In this document: positions 48,660 to 54,351 of the stretch, piece after piece
Layout of the letters: each line of letters starts with the position of its first letter
How positions within the stretch are numbered: position 1 is the first letter of the stretch
Assembly (NCBI GenBank): GCA_048940645.1
Contig: JBHLOI010000021.1
Span: forward strand, 1-54,351
DNA length: 54,351 nucleotides
DNA from: Promethearchaeota archaeon
GTDB lineage: Archaea; Asgardarchaeota; Lokiarchaeia; Sigyniarchaeales; SOKP01
Reading direction: 5' to 3'
The notes under the pieces: model-generated
What the model saw: only the letters and a program-made list of their open reading frames with translations
Database searches by the model: none
Told to the model about the DNA's origin: nothing
Translations under genes and position numbers: made by a program

Positions 48660-49217
48660 TTATATGGACATAGCTAACTCTTTATATTTTCGATATAACT
48701 GATCTATGATCGCATTAAATGCTTCTATAACTCCTTGTCCTGTTTTTGCTGAAGTTACATAATAAGCAAGAAAATTATTATTTTCAACTATTTCTTGAAC
48801 TTTCGCATGATCAATATTGTTTTCATCGACTAAATCTATTTTATTAGCAAAAATAACCACTGGAATATCTCCACAAAAATGTCTAATGTCTTCATGCCAG
48901 TTAGCAATATGATTAAAACTATTAGTACCAAGATCATTTTCTTCAAGACTATATACGATTATTGTTGCTCTAGATTCTCGATAAAATGAAGGTCTCAGAA
49001 AACCAAACTCATCTTGACCAGCGATATCCCAAAATAATAATCTAATACTATCTCCTTCAATCTCTTTATCATATTTAGAAAATTGCGCGCCAATAGTTCT
49101 TATATAATCCTGGTTAAAGCTGCCTTTTGTGAACTTTCTAATTAATGATGTTTTCCCTACTTTCCCATCGCCAATTACCGTAATTTTGAATCTAAATTCG
49201 TGCCTAGTAGTTGCCAT
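48660..49217 (-). CDS. Rab-like small GTPase (paralogue 3)
   Basis: GDGKVGKTS, WDIAGQ, NKID, TSAKTG. Confidence 0.95.
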   Translation of the reverse strand: MATTRHEFRFKITVIGDGKVGKTSLIRKFTKGSFNQDYIRTIGAQFSKYDKEIEGDSIRLLFWDIAGQDEFGFLRPSFYRESRATIIVYSLEENDLGTNSFNHIANWHEDIRHFCGDIPVVIFANKIDLVDENNIDHAKVQEIVENNNFLAYYVTSAKTGQGVIEAFNAIIDQLYRKYKELAMSI

Positions 49218-49263
49218 TGGATTATGTTGTTGAATTCATATTAAAAAATTTTGTTTAAAGGAA

Positions 49264-49291
49264 GATTAGATTTTTATTAATATAAAATTTT
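49264..49291 (-). promoter_or_regulatory. Conserved GTPase promoter, copy 2
   Basis: + strand GATTAGATTTTTATTAATATAAAATTTT. Confidence 0.6.
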
Positions 49292-49354
49292 GGTAAACAA
49301 GATAATTATTAAACAGGATAAATAGAATAAAAATAGTTAAAAAAAAAAAGGATT

Positions 49355-49444
49355 TTAATATGCTCGGAAATTATTACCTAAAATTTCAGCATCATTCTTA
49401 ATCTTAATCTTTTTTATATCTTCAATTTTCTTTTCTTTTCTCAT
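49355..49444 (-). CDS. Unannotated 29-aa microprotein MRKEKKIEDIKKIKIKNDAEILGNNFRAY
   Basis: ATG 8 nt after GGTG; own conserved promoter (49491-49555); U11 tract (A-run 49339-49349) just after the stop. Confidence 0.65.
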   Translation of the reverse strand: MRKEKKIEDIKKIKIKNDAEILGNNFRAY

Positions 49445-49490
49445 TTTTTTATCACCAATGGTATGTTTCTTAAATAATAATTAGAAAGAG

Positions 49491-49555
49491 TTACATATTT
49501 AGTTTTTATTGCGGAACTTCGATGGGATTATTGAACTATAATGGGGATAAATACT
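49491..49555 (-). promoter_or_regulatory. Small-gene promoter B
   Basis: TTACATATTTAGTTT (49491-49505), then GAACT 49514, GAACT 49533, ATACT 49551. Confidence 0.62.
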
Positions 49556-49653
49556 AAATCTTAAAAAAATAATAAGTCTATAAAAGAAATATTAAAGAAA
49601 TATGTTCAAAAAGATTATATTAAAGAAAAATAGAAAAAAAAAGATTTAAATTT

Positions 49654-49725
49654 TTAAGCAGTTCTGCCATAACAATTCCAATACCCTTCTAGAGGTAATG
49701 GTTTTTTGAATTTTTTTGGGTTCAT
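49654..49725 (-). CDS. Unannotated 23-aa microprotein MNPKKFKKPLPLEGYWNCYGRTA
   Basis: ATG 7 nt after AGGTG; own conserved promoter (49764-49811); U9 tract (A-run 49634-49642) downstream. Confidence 0.68.
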   Translation of the reverse strand: MNPKKFKKPLPLEGYWNCYGRTA

Positions 49726-49763
49726 ATTTTATCACCTTTTTCTTAATTATTAATTATTTGCAA

Positions 49764-49811
49764 TTACATATTTAGTTTCTTTATTAATACTTCCATGAAT
49801 GTTCCGAACTA
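49764..49811 (-). promoter_or_regulatory. Small-gene promoter C
   Basis: TTACATATTTAGTTT (49764-49778, identical to the 15-mer in promoter B), then ATACT 49787, GAACT 49806. Confidence 0.62.
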
Positions 49812-49893
49812 CTTTAAGAGTAAAGTAATAAAAATATAAATAGAATCAATACCTATTTAAAAATAACAATAAAAAATATTATTTTCATACATT

Positions 49894-52392
49894 ATGAGCA
49901 TTATAAACTATCCCCCAGCAGAGATTATTAACCCTCCTAGATTTGGGAAAAAAAATTATGAGCATATAATTCTCTGGATGTTATATAACAATGAAGATTG
50001 TGAATGGTCAGATTTTCTAACAGAACCGTTAGAAATCCCAACCTCTACATTACACAGGCATCTTGATACTTTGAAAAGGAAAGAATATGTGGATAACTTT
50101 AGCAGAGGCCACTATAAAATTACTTCAGAAGGTAAAAAGCGGTATCACGAATTATCTAGCGCCAAGGACAAGAAAAGGAGGTTAAGTTATCCTCCTAAAT
50201 TGATCAAAAACAGAAGGAATTATGATCATATAATACTTTGGATGCTTTATAATAATAACTATTGTAAATGGTCTGATTTTCTCGAAGAACCACTGTTAAT
50301 TAATCAATCTTCCTTATCTAAAAATTTGAATCTATTAATAAATAATGGAAGTGTAAGTAAGGAAAATAAAGAGTACAGAATTACCCAATCTGGTAAATTA
50401 GAGTATTCCAGAATGTTAACTTTATATGATTTAGACAGACAGTCGATTTTAGAAGAAGAAAGCAAAAGGATTGAAGAAGTCACTAAAAAAACATTAGGAT
50501 TTTTCAAGCGTTATAAAATAGAAGATGATGACATTCAATATCGATTTCTCAATAACATTTTAAAATTGGATTATTCAAGAGTAAAATCAATGTTAACAAA
50601 TGAGGAAGATTTTGATAAGATTTTACTATTTCTTTCTATTAATCACCCGAATTATTACCCTAATTACATTTCTCTTGAGGATTTCTCAATTAATTATAAA
50701 ATTAAAAAGACCACATTGGAATACTATATTGAGGAGATTGTTGAAAATGACATTTATCCCATTAAATTTTTTAAACTGAAGGTTCCACCTGATAAATCTT
50801 ATTACTTTCAATCAGATGAAAAGATAGAGAAGGTTTTAGGTGCAGTAATTGAAGATTATGTAACAAAATTTACATATTTACATAAATTATTTGGCGAATC
50901 CGAAGCTATATTCTCTTCATTGAACATTCCTTCCATAATTGATAAAATCTTAGACGAGATTTGCGAGACTCTATTTAATAAGGATTTAAAGAAACCACTA
51001 GAAGAATTCTTACCAGAATATATCAATTATTTAGCTTATAAGATTGAAACTGAGAGACCTTTAAGAGACATATATGATAAATTGGAAGGGATAATTTGGC
51101 AAGAAATTCAAGCAATAAATTTATTCAGCCAACAACCTCAATGTGTTGAGCAAGATGGTATGATACATTATATTGATCCAGAAATATTAGGAATATTAGA
51201 ACCTATTTATTCTAAGAATACAAGACCTATATATAATAAGATAAAACCTCTCATAGTTGAGAAAGAGTATGAAAAAGTTTTAAAAATTATAGATTCAGCT
51301 TTAAATTCAAATCAAAGAAACATTGGACTTATTAGTTTTAGAGCAAACATTCTTCTTTATTTAAATAAATTTCAGGAAGTAATAGATTATTTAAACAATA
51401 AAATACAAATTCCAAGTGATATTGAAAGAGAAGAAGAATTTATCCCTTATTTTTTTCTTTTAGTTTTCTGCTATTTGACTTTTGGAGATTTTAAAGAATC
51501 TTTAAAATTGGTTGATAAAATGGGAGAATATTATTCAGAACATCCATTTTATTATTTAGTTAAAGGAATTTTATACGGCTATAATATAATTTATCAATTC
51601 AATGTTGAAAAAGGAAAAGAATCAGATTTTATTATCAATATTGAAAAAGCAATTTCCCTAGATGCTTCCCCTTCAAATAAAGCTAAGTACTATCAGTTAA
51701 AGAGTAATATCTTACTTCAAACAAACAAAGAAGAGGAATCAGTTGAGGCAATTGATAATGCTATTAGTTTGAATTCTAATGATATTGGATTATATCATTC
51801 TAAAATTAAAATTTTAATTCAATATAGTCGATATAATGAAGTATTATTATTAATAAATAAGATGCTTGAAAATTTCCCTGCATATGAGAAAGATCTTACT
51901 ATAAAGAAAGCCTCTGTACTTAAAAAAATGCAAAATGTTGACGAAGGCCTTGAAATTATAGAAAACCTCCTCATTAAATATCCTGATGATGATTATCTTC
52001 TTCTTAACAAAGCTTATTGGCTACAATATTTAAAAAGAAAAGAAGAGGCAATTGAAACAATAAAAGAACTTATAGATCGGTCACCAAAAATAGGCACTTT
52101 CCATGATACATATGGAGAAATTTTAATGTATTTTGAGGAATATAAGAAAGCTGCAGATCAATTTGAAAAAACAATTGAATTAGAACCAAATAATTGGTAT
52201 ATTTACCAAACATATATTAAATTGGGAATATGTTATAGGGAGCTAGAGTATTATAAACTAGCAATTGAAAATCTAGAGAAAGGGAAAGCACTCACAAATA
52301 GTTGTTTTGTGCAATTTGATTTGAAACAAAAATGGCTTGTAATTGTTGATCTTTTTCTTGCAGAGCTTGCTGAATTGGGAGAAGAATTTTGA
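49894..52392 (+). CDS. Tandem winged-HTH + TPR protein (putative transcriptional regulator), paralogue 2, with extra TPRs
   Basis: Same architecture as 46142..48046 (NYPP...NYEHIILWML...IPTSTLHRHLDTL...YKITSEGK; YDLDRQSILEEESKRI); 198 aa longer in the TPR region. Confidence 0.85.
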   Translation: MSIINYPPAEIINPPRFGKKNYEHIILWMLYNNEDCEWSDFLTEPLEIPTSTLHRHLDTLKRKEYVDNFSRGHYKITSEGKKRYHELSSAKDKKRRLSYPPKLIKNRRNYDHIILWMLYNNNYCKWSDFLEEPLLINQSSLSKNLNLLINNGSVSKENKEYRITQSGKLEYSRMLTLYDLDRQSILEEESKRIEEVTKKTLGFFKRYKIEDDDIQYRFLNNILKLDYSRVKSMLTNEEDFDKILLFLSINHPNYYPNYISLEDFSINYKIKKTTLEYYIEEIVENDIYPIKFFKLKVPPDKSYYFQSDEKIEKVLGAVIEDYVTKFTYLHKLFGESEAIFSSLNIPSIIDKILDEICETLFNKDLKKPLEEFLPEYINYLAYKIETERPLRDIYDKLEGIIWQEIQAINLFSQQPQCVEQDGMIHYIDPEILGILEPIYSKNTRPIYNKIKPLIVEKEYEKVLKIIDSALNSNQRNIGLISFRANILLYLNKFQEVIDYLNNKIQIPSDIEREEEFIPYFFLLVFCYLTFGDFKESLKLVDKMGEYYSEHPFYYLVKGILYGYNIIYQFNVEKGKESDFIINIEKAISLDASPSNKAKYYQLKSNILLQTNKEEESVEAIDNAISLNSNDIGLYHSKIKILIQYSRYNEVLLLINKMLENFPAYEKDLTIKKASVLKKMQNVDEGLEIIENLLIKYPDDDYLLLNKAYWLQYLKRKEEAIETIKELIDRSPKIGTFHDTYGEILMYFEEYKKAADQFEKTIELEPNNWYIYQTYIKLGICYRELEYYKLAIENLEKGKALTNSCFVQFDLKQKWLVIVDLFLAELAELGEEF

Positions 52393-52593
52393 ACAAGAAT
52401 ACAAGATTATACTAGTATGTGGTAAAATTAATGATATAAAAAATTCGATTTTGAATAAAACTAAATTCTCAACCATACATTTATCTTATTCGTTTACTTT
52501 CTCGTATAAAATTAAAATTTATTTTATAAACGGTTGGGTGCCATGAAATTAAGATTTCATTATATCTCGGTTATAAAAGGTAATAAATGGATT

Positions 52594-53148
52594 TTATAAC
52601 TCAGAGGATAGATCCTTATATTTGTCATATAAATTCTCAATGATTGCATTGAAAGCTTCATGAACTCCTTCACCCGTTTTTGCTGAGGTTATATAATAAC
52701 CAAGAAAATTTCGCTCTTTTATAACATCTTGAATTAAGGATTTATCTAAACTATCTTCTTTAATTAAATCAACTTTATTTGCAAACACTACAATAGGTAT
52801 CTCTTCACAATATTGTTTAATATCATCATGCCAGTCTGTTATATGTTCAAAGCTTCGTTTACCTAAATTATTTTCTTCAAGGCTATAAACTATAATAGCT
52901 GCTCTGCTTTCTCTGTAAAAAAAAGGACGTAAAAAGAGGAGATCATCTTGCCCTGCTATATCCCAGAATAATAATCTAATCATATCTCCACTAATTTCTG
53001 CATCAAACTCAGAAAATTGTGCACCGATAGTTTTAATATACTGTTTTTGAAACGTACCTTGTGTAAATTTCTCGATTAAAGAAGTTTTTCCTACACTACC
53101 ATCGCCTATAACAATGACCTTAAATCCGAATTTTTGAGACTCGTTCAT
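52594..53148 (-). CDS. Rab-like small GTPase (paralogue 4)
   Basis: GDGSVGKTS, WDIAGQ, NKVD, TSAKTG. Confidence 0.95.
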   Translation of the reverse strand: MNESQKFGFKVIVIGDGSVGKTSLIEKFTQGTFQKQYIKTIGAQFSEFDAEISGDMIRLLFWDIAGQDDLLFLRPFFYRESRAAIIVYSLEENNLGKRSFEHITDWHDDIKQYCEEIPIVVFANKVDLIKEDSLDKSLIQDVIKERNFLGYYITSAKTGEGVHEAFNAIIENLYDKYKDLSSEL

Positions 53149-53183
53149 CTATTTTTCAAATAGATTTCAAATTATTAAATTAA

Positions 53184-53211
53184 GATTAGATTTATTTTAA
53201 TTTAAAATTTT
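53184..53211 (-). promoter_or_regulatory. Conserved GTPase promoter, copy 3
   Basis: + strand GATTAGATTTATTTTAATTTAAAATTTT. Confidence 0.6.
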
Positions 53212-53409
53212 AGTCACTGTGAATCTTGAGTTCTTCAAAAATTAGAAGAAAAAAGAGAAAAGAAAAAGGAAAAAAAAATATTTAATGATTTTTTAACCAA
53301 GGATTAATTTTAAGTAAAACAAATTTTCACGAAGTTCGAATTAAAGAAAAAATTCAAAAATAAAATTAAAAAGTTGGGATAGGATTAAAATTTACAGCAA
53401 TTATAATTT

Positions 53410-54351
53410 TTAGTTATATTTTGGTAAACTTAATGGAATAGTTTTTTCAATAAATATTTCATCTATTAATGTTTTAAGAGAAGGGATATCATTTATTTGT
53501 ATTTCCTTGTTTACTTGGTAAAATTTATCAAAAGTCTGCCATACAAGCTCATCGCTCTGTAATTTATCGATAAAGTATGTAATCCTCTGTTGGGCGGAAT
53601 ACGATTGACCTTTGAATACATAACACATTAAAAAGGGTGACACAGAATTCATAAGGAGCGTGTGTTCCCCAAAAATTGCTCGATCAAGTCCTTCCGAGAA
53701 CTTATCACTTATGAATGAATTGATAGTGGTAAAAAACCCTCCGAAAAGGTAATCTTCAAAAACTTGATCCTTCACAAATGATTGAGAAAATATGGGTCTA
53801 CCTCCCTCTGATACAATTAAAAGAAGTACAGGTTCTTCATCCAAAAGTTCAGGAGCTTCTAATGCTCGCTTTCGGAACACTTTCTCCATTTTTTCACTTA
53901 ACCGAGCAAATTCCATACGTTCTTTTAATGATGAAGTTGATTCTTTTAAGTTTTCCCACATGTTTAATTGTTTAAGAAGTTCATCATGTTCATTTGATAT
54001 TTTCATGGCTAACAAACTAATTCCGTAGTTTTCAGCAATTTGTTGCCCTTTAGTCAATAAACGTCGAGCTTTTTTCAAATCCAATGCAATTAAAGCCAAT
54101 TTGGCTTGTAAAAGATAAGTTTCTCCCATAATCCAGTACGAATGCGATTTTTCAGCAAGTTCTAATAGTTGACCAAGAAATTGGTTTAGCTCATCCAACA
54201 CATTTAGGTCATTAGTCATATGTAACTCAGTTAAGAGCAATTCACATAAATTAATTAATACTCTATACCTCAGAGAATGATCTATCTTCTCATTTTCAAG
54301 GAGTTGTATTAATATTTCTTCAGCTTTACCCCGATCACGAGCTCTAAGACT
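53410..54351 (-). CDS. TPR-like helical-repeat protein with C-terminal longin-like domain (5' end off window)
   Basis: Frame is open from the window end (SLRARDRGKAEEIL...). Helical repeats, then PVLLLIVSEGGRPIFSQSF...LFGGFFTTINSF...LMCYVFKG, a beta-beta-alpha-beta-beta-beta-alpha longin-like pattern. Confidence 0.8.
   Translation of the reverse strand, partial: SLRARDRGKAEEILIQLLENEKIDHSLRYRVLINLCELLLTELHMTNDLNVLDELNQFLGQLLELAEKSHSYWIMGETYLLQAKLALIALDLKKARRLLTKGQQIAENYGISLLAMKISNEHDELLKQLNMWENLKESTSSLKERMEFARLSEKMEKVFRKRALEAPELLDEEPVLLLIVSEGGRPIFSQSFVKDQVFEDYLFGGFFTTINSFISDKFSEGLDRAIFGEHTLLMNSVSPFLMCYVFKGQSYSAQQRITYFIDKLQSDELVWQTFDKFYQVNKEIQINDIPSLKTLIDEIFIEKTIPLSLPKYN

Noticed and set aside
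46142-52392. Direct assignment to the bacterial RRNPP quorum-sensing family
   Set aside because: The DNA-binding part is tandem wHTH rather than XRE-HTH and the peptides lack hydrophobic Sec signals; only an architectural analogy is supported.
1134-54028. Numerous 60-144 aa track ORFs antisense to or out of frame within larger genes (e.g. 4566..4880, 11982..12311, 17826..18260, 19636..20016, 33347..33778, 48138..48539, 52273..52546, 53778..54028)
   Set aside because: Overlap well-supported genes, lack SD sites and recognisable motifs, and have typical shadow-ORF composition.
1-54351. rRNA, tRNA, CRISPR arrays, transposases, integrases
   Set aside because: None recognised by eye; no GC-rich RNA-gene-sized islands or regularly spaced repeat-spacer units. 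tRNAscan-SE/Infernal were not run.

Overview
Very AT-rich archaeal chromosomal segment, most consistent with an Asgard archaeon (Lokiarchaeia/Promethearchaeia). This assignment is inferred from five Rab-like small GTPases lacking prenylation tails, a TPR+longin protein, HEAT/LRR proteins, IPGY-TM-basic (Loki-CTERM-like) tails and GGTG(A)/GGAGG Shine-Dalgarno (SD) sites. Positions 1-43.9 kb are mostly acyl-CoA/lipid/2-oxoacid metabolism (acyl-CoA dehydrogenase, FadD-like ligase, ThDP enzyme, 4-hydroxybutyryl-CoA dehydratase, crotonase, 2-oxoacid:ferredoxin oxidoreductase operon, ADP-forming acyl-CoA synthetase alpha, methylmalonyl-CoA mutase, PaaI, SCP2, DUF35) plus transporters and hydrolases. 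Highlights: (1) 43.9-54.3 kb holds a duplicated module of a tandem-wHTH+TPR regulator, divergently transcribed unannotated microprotein genes whose promoters share a ~19-bp-periodic operator-like motif, and flanking Rab-like GTPase paralogues with their own shared promoter; (2) a circularly permuted PorB beta subunit with its ThDP motif split between the termini; (3) at least six genes appear to start at near-cognate codons (ATA, ATT, ACG, CTG) behind a well-spaced SD; (4) a frameshifted wHTH-TM regulator. No rRNA, tRNA, CRISPR array or mobile element was recognised. All family calls are from motif recognition by eye, not database searches.
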